In this document: positions 29,669 to 39,827 of the stretch, one piece after another | Position numbering within the stretch: the first letter of the stretch is position 1 | Layout: each line of letters begins with the position of its first letter | Origin: Clostridia bacterium | Lineage (GTDB): Bacteria > Bacillota > Clostridia > Christensenellales > DTU072 | DNA length: 64,000 nucleotides | Assembly: GCA_045535785.1 (NCBI GenBank) | Contig: JAZSMH010000061.1 | Location: forward strand, 7 to 64,006 | Direction of reading: 5' to 3' | The notes under the pieces: model-generated | What the model was told of the DNA's origin: nothing | The model's database searches: none | Seen by the model: only the letters and a program-made list of their open reading frames with translations | Translations under genes and position numbers: made by a program

Positions 29669-29779
29669 AATTTTTTCATTCTCCTTATTGTTTAGAATGT
29701 AAACGTAGCTCAATATTATTCTTTTTTTGGTAAATTTTCTTTTTCGTCCGATAGATAGGGGAGTACAGAGAAAAAATGC

Positions 29780-29808
29780 TTTACACTCGCGCTTATTTAG
29801 AGTATAAT
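29780..29808 (+). promoter_or_regulatory. Sigma-70 promoter of the oxidoreductase operon
   Basis: TTTACA (29780-29785), 17-nt spacer CTCGCGCTTATTTAGAG, TATAAT (29803-29808). Confidence 0.6.
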
Positions 29809-29882
29809 AGTTTAATAAATTATTCATTAATTATCGCGTAGCGCATTATCATGCACGAGCGCGCGAGAAGGAGAGATAAATT

Positions 29883-30086
29883 ATGGCAAAACTTACGATA
29901 ACTACGGAAAGATGCAAAGGTTGCGGTCTTTGCGTCTTATCATGTCCGAAAAAACTGTTGAGTATTTCTACCAACAGTAACAAGAACGGCTACTTCGTTG
30001 TAGAGATTACCGATCAAGACGCATGCGTTGGCTGTGCTAACTGCGCGGTTATGTGTCCCGATTGCGTTATAGAAGTAGAAAGATAA
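29883..30086 (+). CDS. 2-oxoacid:ferredoxin oxidoreductase delta subunit (2x[4Fe-4S] ferredoxin)
   Basis: 67 aa with two CxxCxxCxxxCP motifs (CKGCGLCVLSCP and CVGCANCAVMCP). First gene of the four-gene operon. Confidence 0.85.
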   Translation: MAKLTITTERCKGCGLCVLSCPKKLLSISTNSNKNGYFVVEITDQDACVGCANCAVMCPDCVIEVER

Positions 30087-30110
30087 TTTTCGGGCAAAGG
30101 AGGCAAATAA

Positions 30111-31166
30111 ATGAAAAAGTTAATGAAAGGTAACGAAGCGATTGCCGAAGCCGCTATCCGTGGAGGATGTAGAGCTTTCTTCGGTTATCCAATCACTCCC
30201 CAAAACGAAATTCCCGAATATATGAGTTGGAGAATGTTCGAAGTAGGCGGTACTTTTGTACAAGCAGAAAGTGAAGTAGCTTCTATCAATATGCTTTACG
30301 GTGCTTGCGGAGCAGGTGCAAGAGCAATGACCAGTTCTTCTAGCCCCGGTATCAGTCTTATGCAAGAAGGTATCAGTTATTTGTGTTGCGCCAAGGTTCC
30401 TTGCGTAATAGTTAACATGGTGCGCGGCGGTCCCGGTCTAGGTGGTATCCAACCTGCACAAGGCGACTATTTCCAATCGGTAAAGGGCGGTGGACACGGT
30501 GATTATCACATGATAGTTTACGGTCCCGGTAGCGTTCAAGAATGCGTTGATATCATGTACGATGCGTTCGACGTAGCGGACAAATATAGAGTTCCCGTTA
30601 TGATTTTGGGCGATGGTATGCTCGGTCAAATTATGGAACCGGTAGAACTTCCCCCGATGAAAGATTTAACCGCTTTACCCAAGAAAGAATGGGCAACGAC
30701 GGGCGAAGGCAAAGGTAGCAATAGAAGAATTATCAATTCTCTATTAATTAATCCCGACGATTTAGAAGCGCACAACAACGCTATGCTAGAAGTTTACAAA
30801 GAGATAGCAAAGAACGAAACCAAGGTAGAAAAATATCTTTGTGACGATGCAGAGATAGTTATTACCGCTTACGGTACCGTTGCAAGAATAGCAAAGAGTG
30901 CGGTTAACACCTTGAGAGAAATGGGTTATAAGGTTGGACTTATCCGTCCTATCACTCTATTCCCGTTCCCCGTTGACGCATACAAAGAACTTGCTAATAG
31001 CGACACTGTTAAGAAATTCGTATGTATAGAATTAAGCGTAGGACAAATGATAGAAGACGTTATTTTGGCTACGGAGAGCAAAAAGAAGGTAGAATTCTTC
31101 GGACGTAACGGCGGTAACGTAATGAGCCCCGACGACATCGTAGAATTTATCACCAAGGAGGCGTAA
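30111..31166 (+). CDS. 2-oxoacid:ferredoxin oxidoreductase alpha subunit (KorA/VorB type)
   Basis: 351 aa. N-terminus MKGNEAIAEAAIRGGCRAFFGYPITPQNEI is typical of the alpha subunit. Substrate specificity cannot be determined from the sequence. Confidence 0.85.
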   Translation: MKKLMKGNEAIAEAAIRGGCRAFFGYPITPQNEIPEYMSWRMFEVGGTFVQAESEVASINMLYGACGAGARAMTSSSSPGISLMQEGISYLCCAKVPCVIVNMVRGGPGLGGIQPAQGDYFQSVKGGGHGDYHMIVYGPGSVQECVDIMYDAFDVADKYRVPVMILGDGMLGQIMEPVELPPMKDLTALPKKEWATTGEGKGSNRRIINSLLINPDDLEAHNNAMLEVYKEIAKNETKVEKYLCDDAEIVITAYGTVARIAKSAVNTLREMGYKVGLIRPITLFPFPVDAYKELANSDTVKKFVCIELSVGQMIEDVILATESKKKVEFFGRNGGNVMSPDDIVEFITKEA

Positions 31167-31168
31167 TT

Positions 31169-31903
31169 ATGGCAGTAGTATTTAAGAAAACTAATATGCT
31201 CACCGATACACCTTTGCACTATTGCCCCGGTTGTACCCACGGCATAGCGCATAGATTAGTAGCGGAAGTTTTGGAAGAAATAGGCGCAGAAGGTCACGTA
31301 GTAGGCGTTGCACCCGTAGGATGTGCGGTATTTGCGTACAATTACTTTAATTGCGATATGCAAGAAGCTGCCCACGGTAGAGCCCCTGCCGTAGCAACGG
31401 GTATCAAGAGAGTTAACCCCAACAATATCGTTTTTGCTTATCAAGGCGACGGTGACCTAGCAAGTATCGGTATGGCAGAAATCGTTCACGCGGCAGCTCG
31501 TGGCGAAAAGATAACCGTTATCTTCATTAACAACACCATTTACGGTATGACGGGTGGACAAATGGCACCTACCACGCTAGAGGGCGAGAAGGCAACCACT
31601 TGTATCTACGGTAGAGATTTAGAGAAGAACGGCAACCCCATTAAGATGTGCGAACTTCTCGCTACCCTAGACGGACCTAGTTATATCGAAAGAGTAGCAT
31701 TATACGATGCACCTAGAGTAAGGAATGCAAAGAAAGCTATCAAAAAAGCCTTCATGCATCAAGTAGAGAACAAAGGCTTCAGCTTTATAGAAGTTCTTTC
31801 GTCCTGTCCCACCAACTGGGGAATGACACCCGAACAAGCACTTGGCTTCGTTAAGAACGAAATGCAAGCGTTCTACCCCCTAGGCGTATATAAGGAGATC
31901 TAA
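31169..31903 (+). CDS. 2-oxoacid:ferredoxin oxidoreductase beta subunit (TPP-binding)
   Basis: 244 aa with the CPGCTHG cluster-proximal motif and the YQGDGDLASIGMAE...N TPP-binding motif. Confidence 0.85.
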   Translation: MAVVFKKTNMLTDTPLHYCPGCTHGIAHRLVAEVLEEIGAEGHVVGVAPVGCAVFAYNYFNCDMQEAAHGRAPAVATGIKRVNPNNIVFAYQGDGDLASIGMAEIVHAAARGEKITVIFINNTIYGMTGGQMAPTTLEGEKATTCIYGRDLEKNGNPIKMCELLATLDGPSYIERVALYDAPRVRNAKKAIKKAFMHQVENKGFSFIEVLSSCPTNWGMTPEQALGFVKNEMQAFYPLGVYKEI

Positions 31904-31906
31904 ATT

Positions 31907-32437
31907 ATGGAAAGCAAAATTATTATAGCAGGATTTGGTGGACAAGGCGTTCAAAGCCTAGGTATGTTTATTGCGTATGCATCTATTAGAGACGGCAAAG
32001 AAGTAACTTTCTTACCTTCTTACGGTCCGGAAATGCGTGGCGGTACGAGTAACTGTAGCGTTGTCGTTAGCGACAAGCCCGTTGCAAGCCCTATCATTTC
32101 TTCTCCCGATATTCTTATCGCTATGAATAAGCCTAGTTTGGCAAAGTTTAGCGACAAAGTAAAAAAAGGCGGTACCATTATCGTTAATAGTTCTCTTATC
32201 GACGATAAGGTAACGAGAGAAGACGTTAACGTAGTATACGTAAAAGCTAACGATTTAGCAATTCAAGCAGGTAACGTAAGGACTGCTAACATCGTTGTTC
32301 TCGGTGCTTATACCAAATTAAGCGGAGATTTCTCTCCCGAAACTATGAAAGCGGTTATCGAAGAAAAATTCGCTAAGAAGCCTAAAGTTATTCCCGCGAA
32401 CATTACCGCGTTTGAATCGGGATATAATCTACAATAA
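31907..32437 (+). CDS. 2-oxoacid:ferredoxin oxidoreductase gamma subunit
   Basis: 176 aa. IIIAGFGGQGVQSLG N-terminus typical of gamma subunits. Tightly coupled to the operon. Confidence 0.85.
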   Translation: MESKIIIAGFGGQGVQSLGMFIAYASIRDGKEVTFLPSYGPEMRGGTSNCSVVVSDKPVASPIISSPDILIAMNKPSLAKFSDKVKKGGTIIVNSSLIDDKVTREDVNVVYVKANDLAIQAGNVRTANIVVLGAYTKLSGDFSPETMKAVIEEKFAKKPKVIPANITAFESGYNLQ

Positions 32438-32462
32438 AAAATAATTTAAGGACGGTAATTCA

Positions 32463-34253
32463 ATGACAAACAATCAATACGTATTAGATTTCGTAGAAAA
32501 ATATCGCCAACTTTTTCAACCCGATGAAGTTGTGTGGGTAGACGGCTCGAAAGAACAACACAAATTGCTTGCCAGTGAAGGTATAGCTACAGGCGAAGTA
32601 ATTAAGCTAAGCAACTCGTTGCTCCCCGGTTGTCTTTATCATAGGACGGCGGTTAACGACGTAGCAAGAGTAGAAAATCGCACCTTTATTTGTACCGAAA
32701 GAGAAGAAGACGCAGGTCCTACCAATAATTGGATGGAAAAGAACGAAGCGTACGCAAAGCTCGATGCTATTGCAAGCGGTGCAATGAAAGGTAGAACGAT
32801 GTACGTAATTCCCTTTTCTATGGGAAAAATCGGCTCGCCTTTTGCAAAATACGGTATAGAACTAACCGATAGCATTTACGTAGTTCTTAATATGATGATA
32901 ATGACAAGGGTATCCGACAAAGTTTATGAAAAACTAGACGGTACCGATAATTTCGTCAAAGGTATTCATAGTAAGGTCGAATTAGACGAGAACAACAGAT
33001 ATATCTGCCAATTCCCCGAAGATAACGTTATTTACTCATTAAATAGTGGCTACGGTGGCAACGTGCTCCTTGGTAAAAAATGCTTTGCTCTAAGAATAGC
33101 AAGCTATCAAGGATGGAAAGAAGGTTGGATGGCAGAACATATGCTTATCCTAGGTGTAGAAAAACCCGATGGTGACGTAAAATATATCTGTGCCGCATTT
33201 CCTAGTGCTTGCGGTAAGACCAATTTAGCTATGCTTATTCCGCCTAAGCCTTACTTAGATAAAGGCTACAAAGTTTGGACGGTAGGTGACGATATCGCGT
33301 GGATTAGACGTAAGAATAGCACCCTTTATGCGGTTAACCCCGAGAATGGCTTCTTCGGAGTAGCACCCGGTACCAATGCAAAATCTAACCCCAACGCACT
33401 TGCAACGACAAGACGCAACACTATCTTTACTAACGTTGTTCTTAACGTGAAGAACAATACCGTATGGTGGGAAGGTAGCAAAATAGAACCGCCTATCAAA
33501 GCAAAAGACTGGAAGGGTAATTCTTGGCACGTAGAGATGAAAGACGAGAATGGTAACCCCATTAAGGGCGCACATCCTAATAGTAGATTTACCGCACCCG
33601 CGAAGAATTGTCCTTGTTTAAGTAAAGAATTCGACAATCCTAAGGGCGTACCCATTAGTGCTTTCGTATTCGGAGGAAGAAGGGCGAAACTTGCACCTTT
33701 GGTATATCAAGCAAGAGATTGGGATCACGGTGTGTTCGTAGGTGCAACTATGGCTAGTGAAACCACCGCGGCAGCTGCAGGCAAAGTAGGCGTAGTAAGA
33801 CGCGATCCTATGGCAATGCTACCTTTCTGCGGATACAATATGGGCGATTATTTTGCTCATTGGTTGAAGATGGGTTACAAACTCAATAATCAACCTAAGA
33901 TTTTCCACGTAAACTGGTTCCGTACCGACGAAAAGGGCAACTTCATTTGGCCGGGATTTGGTGACAATTTGAGAGTGCTAGAATGGATAATCAACCGTTG
34001 CGAAGGCAAGGTAGATGCAAAAGAAACCCCCATTGGATACGTTCCTTACGCACAAGATATCAATCTCGAAGGTTTAGATAACTTCGACGTAAACACGTTA
34101 GAGAATATCCTTGACGTCAACGTAGCAGAATGGCGCAAGGAAGCAAAAGAAATCACCGAACACTTCAAGAAGTTTGGTGATAAGATGCCCGAGAGATTAT
34201 TGAAGCAATTAAGAATATTGAAGAAGAATCTTCAAGATAACGAAAACGAATAA
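32463..34253 (+). CDS. pckG: Phosphoenolpyruvate carboxykinase (GTP)
   Basis: 596 aa. FPSACGKTNLAML P-loop and WMAEHMLILG, GDDIAWI, NPNSRFT blocks characteristic of GTP-PEPCK. Confidence 0.92.
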   Translation: MTNNQYVLDFVEKYRQLFQPDEVVWVDGSKEQHKLLASEGIATGEVIKLSNSLLPGCLYHRTAVNDVARVENRTFICTEREEDAGPTNNWMEKNEAYAKLDAIASGAMKGRTMYVIPFSMGKIGSPFAKYGIELTDSIYVVLNMMIMTRVSDKVYEKLDGTDNFVKGIHSKVELDENNRYICQFPEDNVIYSLNSGYGGNVLLGKKCFALRIASYQGWKEGWMAEHMLILGVEKPDGDVKYICAAFPSACGKTNLAMLIPPKPYLDKGYKVWTVGDDIAWIRRKNSTLYAVNPENGFFGVAPGTNAKSNPNALATTRRNTIFTNVVLNVKNNTVWWEGSKIEPPIKAKDWKGNSWHVEMKDENGNPIKGAHPNSRFTAPAKNCPCLSKEFDNPKGVPISAFVFGGRRAKLAPLVYQARDWDHGVFVGATMASETTAAAAGKVGVVRRDPMAMLPFCGYNMGDYFAHWLKMGYKLNNQPKIFHVNWFRTDEKGNFIWPGFGDNLRVLEWIINRCEGKVDAKETPIGYVPYAQDINLEGLDNFDVNTLENILDVNVAEWRKEAKEITEHFKKFGDKMPERLLKQLRILKKNLQDNENE

Positions 34254-34266
34254 AGGAAGTTTTTTT

Positions 34267-35628
34267 ATGAAAATAACCATTATCGGTTGTGACAAAATAG
34301 GTACCGCATTATTAAATTTATTAGACAGAGAAGAACACGATGTTTGTGTTGTCGATATTGAGCCGTCTAGAGTAAAAAGAGCGTGCGAGAAGTTCGACAT
34401 TACCGGTGTTGTAGGTAACGGTGCGTCTTACGACGTACAAAAGAAAGCGGGTGTAGGCGACTGTGACTTAGTAGTTGCGGCAACCAATGCGGACGAAGTA
34501 AATATACTATGTTGTATGGTCGCAAAAGAACTCGGTTGCGTGCATACCGTAATCGTTAACAATAACGAAAAGTACTTTGATCAAATCGAACATTTGAGAG
34601 AAAAATACAACATTAACTTATCGGTAAGCCCCGAAAAAGAGTCTGCTGCAGAAGTAGCGCGTATGCTTCGTTTTCCCGCTGCCTTGCAAGTAGAAATCTT
34701 TGCCGATGGCAAAATGGAACTTGTAGCGGTTATTCTTCCCGACGATAGCGAATTCGTTGGATTTTCTATTGCCGAAAAACATGGTAAAGAATACCCAGAG
34801 ATTCAAATTTGCGCGGTAGAAAGAGATGGTGAAGTGTTTATTCCTTCGGGTAACTTCGTATTAGAAGCGGGGGATAGATTAAGCCTAGCAAGTACGGTTA
34901 CGGGTATATCCAAGTATCTACGTAAGACGGGATTATACCAATCAAGAGTCAAGAACGTATTTATTTTAGGCGGCAACAACTATGGGTATTATATCGCGAA
35001 AGCCGTTGCACCTATGGGCGTGAAAGTTACCATTATGGAGAGTGATAGAGAGAGATGTAAGTATTTGAGCGAAGAATTAAGCAAAGCTATCATTATCAAT
35101 GGTAACGACAACGATTACGAATTAATGCGTACCGAAGGCCTAGAGAATACCGATGCTTTCGTAGCGATTACTAACAATAACGAAAAGAATATAATAGCGT
35201 CACTTTACGCACAAAATAAAGGCGTCAACAAAGTTATCACCGCAGTTGACGAAAGCAATCTTTTCTCTGTGGTTGACGAAATTGATTTAGGTAGCGTTGT
35301 TTCGCAAAACGTCCTTACCGCAACGCGCGTATTGCATTTTGTAAAAGGTATGCAATCGGCAAAAGATAGCGGTAGCAAACTAGACGCAATATTCACAATT
35401 GCAGGTGGCAATGCGTTCATATTAGAATTTGCCGTTAACGAATCTTTTTCAGGCGTAAATATTCAATTAAAAGATATTAAGTTAAAAAAAGACACGATTA
35501 TAGCAATGATAATTAGGGATAAACAAGTCATAGTCCCTAGAGGTAACGATGCAATACAAGTAGGTGACAAAGTTATCGTTGTTACCAAACAAAACGACGT
35601 GGACGGCATTAACGAGGTGCTATTATAA
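34267..35628 (+). CDS. trkA: Trk system K+ uptake protein TrkA (two RCK/NAD-binding modules)
   Basis: 453 aa with two Rossmann N-termini (IIGCDKIG and ILGGNNYG), each followed by an RCK_C-like segment. Confidence 0.88.
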   Translation: MKITIIGCDKIGTALLNLLDREEHDVCVVDIEPSRVKRACEKFDITGVVGNGASYDVQKKAGVGDCDLVVAATNADEVNILCCMVAKELGCVHTVIVNNNEKYFDQIEHLREKYNINLSVSPEKESAAEVARMLRFPAALQVEIFADGKMELVAVILPDDSEFVGFSIAEKHGKEYPEIQICAVERDGEVFIPSGNFVLEAGDRLSLASTVTGISKYLRKTGLYQSRVKNVFILGGNNYGYYIAKAVAPMGVKVTIMESDRERCKYLSEELSKAIIINGNDNDYELMRTEGLENTDAFVAITNNNEKNIIASLYAQNKGVNKVITAVDESNLFSVVDEIDLGSVVSQNVLTATRVLHFVKGMQSAKDSGSKLDAIFTIAGGNAFILEFAVNESFSGVNIQLKDIKLKKDTIIAMIIRDKQVIVPRGNDAIQVGDKVIVVTKQNDVDGINEVLL

Positions 35629-35629
35629 T

Positions 35630-37147
35630 ATGAACATACGTTACTCTATTTATTTTATGGGACGATTGCTTAAGACTATTGCATTCTTGTTTTTGTTCCC
35701 GTCAATAATAGCCCTTATCTACGGAGAGTATTATAATCTCGTAGCGTTCTTACCTATCGGGGTGGGGCTGTTTTTGATAGGATTTTTGTGTTCGTTAAAA
35801 GAACCGAATAACAAGCACCTTACCGCAATAGAAGGCTTCGTTATAGTCGCCGCAAGTTGGGTAATTATATCTCTTGCGGTTGCTTTTTCATTCCTTATTC
35901 TAGGAGAAGTAAGTAAGAAATTTATTGATTGCTTTTTTGAAGCAGTATCGGGTTTTACTACTACGGGCGCATCTATTGTTCCTGATGTAGAATCGCTTTC
36001 TAAGAGTACCAATGCTCTAAGATTAGGTACCCATTGGGTGGGTGGCATGGGAATTCTTGTGCTTGTTCTTGCTATCATTCCTAAGAACGTTGACGCCACC
36101 GCAATGAACGTTTTTAGAGCGGAAGTACCCGGACACCAAGTGGAAAAAATAACTAGCAAATTAGCGGTTACGGCAAAAGTTCTATATCTTATATATGCGG
36201 GTCTAACGATTATTCTTGCGATATCGTTTATGATAGCAAAGATGCCTATTTACGATAGCATCGTACATGCAATGAGTATTGCGGGTACGGGTGGCTTTTC
36301 CGTAAGAAATGCGAGTATTGGAGCATATAATAGTGCGGCGATAGAGATAATAGCCACGGTAGGTATGTTTTTATTCGGTATCAATATGAATATTTTTTAT
36401 CTCATATTGATGGGGAAGGTTTTAACAGCGTTTAAAAGTGAAGAACTACGCGCGTACGTGCTCATATATCTAGTATGCATTTTTCTTTCCGCAGGAAGTC
36501 TTGTTATCAATAGTACGTATGATACTTTTGGTGAATCACTTCGTCATTCTGCATTTCAATTGGCTGCAATAATGTCGACAACAGGTATGTCTGTGGAGAA
36601 TTTCTCCATGTGGCCAGTATTATGTCAAATGCTCATATTTGTAACAATGTTCATAGGCGGTTGCTCTGGCTCCACTGCTGGCGGTATGAAACTATCTAGA
36701 GTGATAATAGCAGGTAAGTACGTAAATAAACAAATAAAACTTTCCGCCCGCCCCAACGTAGTAAAAACTATAAGATTAGAAGGTGAAAGAGTAGAGAAAG
36801 ATACCGTTAACGGTGCGCTTTCGTACGTTATTTTGTATTTCGCAATAATAATCCTATCTTTCGTTTTTATAGCATTTTTCGAAGGTATAATCAATGGCAG
36901 TGGATTTACGTTTTTTGAACAATTTACAGCTGTTTTATCAGCTATAAGCAACGTAGGCCCGGCATTTGGCAGATTGGCAGTAGGTACTTATGGAGACTTT
37001 TCTTGGGTAAGTAAACTTATTCTAATTTTTGATATGCTTGCAGGAAGATTGGAAGTATTACCCATGATATTCCTATTCAATCCTTTCTTGTGGAAAAGGG
37101 GAGTAATCGGGAACAAAAAAAGAGTTAAAAATGGCAAAAAAATATAA
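35630..37147 (+). CDS. trkH: Trk-type K+ transporter membrane subunit TrkH/KtrB family
   Basis: Start at ATG 35630, 1 nt after the trkA stop. The ORF-track start at 35564 lies inside trkA. Multi-TM with repeated pore-loop motifs (SGFTTTGAS, GTGGFS, STTGMS). Confidence 0.88.
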   Translation: MNIRYSIYFMGRLLKTIAFLFLFPSIIALIYGEYYNLVAFLPIGVGLFLIGFLCSLKEPNNKHLTAIEGFVIVAASWVIISLAVAFSFLILGEVSKKFIDCFFEAVSGFTTTGASIVPDVESLSKSTNALRLGTHWVGGMGILVLVLAIIPKNVDATAMNVFRAEVPGHQVEKITSKLAVTAKVLYLIYAGLTIILAISFMIAKMPIYDSIVHAMSIAGTGGFSVRNASIGAYNSAAIEIIATVGMFLFGINMNIFYLILMGKVLTAFKSEELRAYVLIYLVCIFLSAGSLVINSTYDTFGESLRHSAFQLAAIMSTTGMSVENFSMWPVLCQMLIFVTMFIGGCSGSTAGGMKLSRVIIAGKYVNKQIKLSARPNVVKTIRLEGERVEKDTVNGALSYVILYFAIIILSFVFIAFFEGIINGSGFTFFEQFTAVLSAISNVGPAFGRLAVGTYGDFSWVSKLILIFDMLAGRLEVLPMIFLFNPFLWKRGVIGNKKRVKNGKKI

Positions 37148-37277
37148 AAAAATTGTCAATTTTGCTTGATAAAAAATTGCAATTATGATAAATTATATGT
37201 TAGCCGCATAAGAAGGGTCTTTATAAGCGCGCTCTGCCACCCGAATTAGCGAGTCTTCAAAAGGAGGTTAAGTTTTT

Positions 37278-37583
37278 ATGTACGCAATTATCGCAAAAGG
37301 TGGAAAGCAATACAAAGTCGAAAATAACTCCGTACTCAGAGTAGAACTTTTGGGTGAAGAAGTTGGCGCAACCGTTACGTTCAAAGTAGTAATGATTTCT
37401 GACGAAGGTTCTATCAAAGTTGGTAGCGAACTAAACGGTGCTTATGCAGAAGCAGTTGTATTGAAGAATGGCAAAGGTCCCAAGATCGATATCTTCAAGT
37501 ACAAGGCAAAGAAGAACGAACGTAAGCGTCAAGGTCATCGTCAACCGTACTCGGAAGTTAAGATTACCAATATCGTAGGCTAA
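37278..37583 (+). CDS. rplU: 50S ribosomal protein L21
   Basis: MYAIIAKGGKQYKV N-terminus, 101 aa, AAGGAGG Shine-Dalgarno. Confidence 0.95.
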   Translation: MYAIIAKGGKQYKVENNSVLRVELLGEEVGATVTFKVVMISDEGSIKVGSELNGAYAEAVVLKNGKGPKIDIFKYKAKKNERKRQGHRQPYSEVKITNIVG

Positions 37584-37588
37584 TACTT

Positions 37589-37915
37589 ATGATTAAGGTA
37601 AAGGTTGATTATCAAGAAAACCGAATTTCTAGAGTCACCGTAAAGGGCCACGCTAACTACGACGACTACGGCAAAGATATCGTATGTAGCGCAGTCAGCA
37701 GTATAGTCTACACGGCACTATTAGGAATACAAGAGTTTTCTTCCGCAAAAGTTGAATACACCGTCAAAGAAAAACAAGGACTGATGGATATTATCGTACC
37801 GCAAGGTAAGACGGAAGTCGAAGAGATAAGGATTCAAGCAGTAATAGAGACGGCAGTAATCGGATTGCGGGATTTAGAGAAGGGCTATAAAGCCTATCTA
37901 CAAGTGGAGGTATAA
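37589..37915 (+). CDS. prp: Ribosomal-processing cysteine protease Prp
   Basis: 108 aa between rplU and rpmA. VKGHANY...DIVCSAVS (His and Cys dyad). Confidence 0.88.
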   Translation: MIKVKVDYQENRISRVTVKGHANYDDYGKDIVCSAVSSIVYTALLGIQEFSSAKVEYTVKEKQGLMDIIVPQGKTEVEEIRIQAVIETAVIGLRDLEKGYKAYLQVEV

Positions 37916-37920
37916 TTATT

Positions 37921-38205
37921 ATGTTTATGAATATCCAATTGTTCGCTCATAAAAAAGGTATGGGTAGCACGAGGAACGGACGTGATAGCGAAGCCAAAAG
38001 ATTAGGACCGAAGAAAAGCGACGGTCAAGCATGCCTTGCAGGTAACATTCTAGTTAGACAAAGAGGAACCAAGTTCCACGCAGGCAATAACGTTGGTATT
38101 GGCAAAGACGACACGTTGTACGCACTCATCGATGGTACCGTTAGATTCGAAGAAGCGGGCAGCAGAATGAAGAGATATAAACAAGTTAGCGTATACGCAA
38201 AATAG
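37921..38205 (+). CDS. rpmA: 50S ribosomal protein L27 with N-terminal Prp-cleavable extension
   Basis: [24 protein letters not shown] 9-aa propeptide precedes the conserved (A/S)HKKG core. Confidence 0.95.
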   Translation: MFMNIQLFAHKKGMGSTRNGRDSEAKRLGPKKSDGQACLAGNILVRQRGTKFHAGNNVGIGKDDTLYALIDGTVRFEEAGSRMKRYKQVSVYAK

Positions 38206-38217
38206 TTTGTATTTTCA

Positions 38218-39048
38218 GTGATTTACAAAAGAATTAACGAGTCTTGTATAGAAGTTTTTGACACGGAGCAATTCGTCCCGGAACACATTCTCGATTGTGG
38301 ACAAGTGTTTAGATACCGAAACAATGGAGATTGTCATACAATATGGGCGGAAAATAAAATTTGCCTATTGCAAAAAGCGGATAACTGTGTTATAATAAAA
38401 TCTAGTGACGTAGACTATTTTATCAACTATTTTGATCTCGATAGAGATTATAGTAAGATAAAAGGGTCGTTAAAAGACTTTGAAGGGTTAGACAAGGCGT
38501 TAGAATACGGCAAAGGTATACGTATTCTTAACCAGAACCCGTACGAGATGATAATATCTTTTATTATCTCGGCTAACAACAATATTCCCCGCATCAAGGG
38601 GATAATAGAGAGCATTTGTACCGCTTTAGGCGAGCATAAAGACGGCTACTACGCTTTTCCTACTAAGGAAGCACTAGCATCGGCGGACGAAAGATTCTTT
38701 GAGTCAATCGGCGCAGGGTATAGAGCAAGGTATCTAGCGGATACCGCTAAGAGATTACTTACTTTCGATATAGAAGGACTACGCGATCTTGATACCGCTA
38801 GCGCACGCAAAGAGCTGACTTATCTTATGGGAGTAGGCAACAAGGTAGCGAATTGTATACTTCTATTCGGGTACCACAAGACGGACTTGTTCCCGGTGGA
38901 TACCTGGAGTAAGAAGATATACCACGGACTCAATATGCCAGACACCAATAACGTCAACGTTATGTCGAAGAATTTGGTTGACAAATTCGGCGCTTTGAGC
39001 GGATATGCTCAACAATACTTATTCTACTACTATAGATCGAATTATTGA
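38218..39048 (+). CDS. ogg: 8-oxoguanine DNA glycosylase / HhH-GPD family N-glycosylase-lyase (Ogg-type)
   Basis: 276 aa with a GTG start. N-terminal OGG_N-like segment (GQVFRYR) and HhH-GPD signature LMGVGNKVANCILLFGY...FPVDTW. The start codon is uncertain. Confidence 0.75.
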   Translation: MIYKRINESCIEVFDTEQFVPEHILDCGQVFRYRNNGDCHTIWAENKICLLQKADNCVIIKSSDVDYFINYFDLDRDYSKIKGSLKDFEGLDKALEYGKGIRILNQNPYEMIISFIISANNNIPRIKGIIESICTALGEHKDGYYAFPTKEALASADERFFESIGAGYRARYLADTAKRLLTFDIEGLRDLDTASARKELTYLMGVGNKVANCILLFGYHKTDLFPVDTWSKKIYHGLNMPDTNNVNVMSKNLVDKFGALSGYAQQYLFYYYRSNY

Positions 39049-39095
39049 TTTATAGAATAACAAAAATTTACAACTATGTTGGAGGATTAACAACA

Positions 39096-39662
39096 ATGAA
39101 CAAACCTAAGATTGCTTTACTTATCGACTTGGCTAGCTTGAAAGTTTCTTGCGACGGATTTAAGAAGCTTTTGGCAGAAATCGAAACTGAGTACGAAATC
39201 GCTTTCGTAAAGTTCTATAGCTACGTTGCAAAACGTAACCGTGACTTTAACGAATTTATCGCTGCAAAAGGATACGATGCAGTTACTCCCGTTGCTAGCC
39301 GTAGAAGAAATAAGCTCGACACTCGTCAAATCATCGACGGAACCAAGATTAGCATCAACTCTACTATTGATACCGTAGCATTCGCAGCAGGCGAAGGCGA
39401 CATCCTACCTATCATCACCGAATTGAAGATGAACGGCAAAGAAGTTCTCGAAATCGGAGTTGAAGAATGTGCATATGCTGATGCTTTCAACGGCTTCATT
39501 CCCGTTAACGTAAATTATCTTCGTGAAGGTTATGCAGCTCCTACCAAGAAGAGAGAAAAGAAAGCTCCCAAGAAGGTAGTAGTAAGAAACGAGAGCGCTT
39601 ACGTTGCAGAAGTTAGCAAAGTTCTTGAAGGCAGATCTATCTTAAGCAGATATAAGAAATAA
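39096..39662 (+). CDS. NYN-domain (LabA/DUF88-like) protein with basic C-terminal tail
   Basis: Start at ATG 39096, with GGAGG 10 nt upstream. IALLIDLASL...D.RQIIDGTKI...VAFAAGEGDILPIITELKMNGKEV resembles the NYN/LabA fold pattern. Confidence 0.6.
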   Translation: MNKPKIALLIDLASLKVSCDGFKKLLAEIETEYEIAFVKFYSYVAKRNRDFNEFIAAKGYDAVTPVASRRRNKLDTRQIIDGTKISINSTIDTVAFAAGEGDILPIITELKMNGKEVLEIGVEECAYADAFNGFIPVNVNYLREGYAAPTKKREKKAPKKVVVRNESAYVAEVSKVLEGRSILSRYKK

Positions 39663-39695
39663 GCATTTTCATAAATAGGTTGTTATATAAATTAT

Positions 39696-39737
39696 AGCTA
39701 TCTTAAAGGGTATAGTCTCTTTGAGATAGCTTTTTTT
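39696..39737 (+). terminator. Intrinsic terminator after the ogg-NYN unit
   Basis: 13-bp stem AGCTATCTTAAAG/CTTTGAGATAGCT followed by T7. Confidence 0.8.
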
Positions 39738-39827
39738 GCGTTAAAAACATAAAAAATCCCCATTTTTAGTAAGAAAATCGACAAAAAAGTCGATTTTTTT
39801 TATTGAGAATAAATTATAATTAGCCTT

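Noticed and set aside
37150-37277. Possible L21-leader RNA upstream of rplU
   Set aside because: The position fits and the region has GC-rich pairing potential (gccgcataagaagggtc...gcgcgctctgccaccc). I cannot recall the consensus well enough to call it, and it needs an Infernal scan.
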